From Ascidiella aspersa (Eukaryota), in the NCBI GenBank assembly GCA_963924565.1, contig OZ004609.1, positions 24,304,001 through 24,368,000 on the forward strand: 64,000 nt of DNA, written 5' to 3'. The position numbers and the translations under genes were made by a program. This document shows positions 63,745 through 64,000 of the stretch, one piece after another. The stretch's first letter is position 1. The number at the start of each line of letters is the position of its first letter. Under the pieces are notes generated by a model. It saw only the letters and a list, made by a program, of their open reading frames with translations. It had not been told where the DNA came from and did not search any database.

Positions 63745-64000
63745 GAAAGATGTGTCAGCTTAATGCTGCTTAATGAAGTTAAGTTCGGTCGAAGAACAAC
63801 CGCAAATGTTTCCTAAACTGGTTGCCGTGAGAGGGTTAAGTATAGCGAAAGCTTCGATTTCGTTTTGCAAATAGTGGGTTCAAAATAGTCCAGCAACACG
63901 CTAAGAAAATTCATGCTTGCCCAGAATAATGTTGCTGATAAGCTGACTTTACCAACTGTTCTGGCTAATTTTAACATAACTTAAACGCGAGGGCTACATC

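Overview
Eukaryotic, AT-rich, intron-containing animal DNA. The compact genes and many MITEs suggest an invertebrate, possibly a tunicate-like chordate, but the taxon cannot be fixed from sequence. I assembled six spliced genes by hand, checking GT-AG junctions and codon phase. (1) A 9-exon, ~529-aa, ~12-TM histidine-rich membrane protein of unknown family (+, 6065-16306). (2-4) Three tandem 15-exon transglutaminase paralogues (-; TG-A 19138-26895, TG-B 28988-36197, TG-C 37392-49136). All have the Cys/His/Asp triad, a short Met-Gly first coding exon, and an extra exon resembling the N-terminal helical dimerisation segment of GAF-type phosphodiesterases. TG-A carries a 1-nt frameshift. (5) A 7-exon, ~458-aa disordered protein (-, 55617-60118) with an MGxxxS/Cys/polybasic anchor, many Tyr docking motifs and a W-acidic MEWD motif. 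(6) A 3-exon NXPE-family protein (-, 61190-63519). Non-coding DNA holds a dead non-LTR retrotransposon 3' end, at least seven Buster-type hAT MITEs with nnnTAnnn target-site duplications (TSDs), Merlin-like and Harbinger-like MITEs, a palindromic-satellite element and a 2.2-kb foldback element spanning an N gap.
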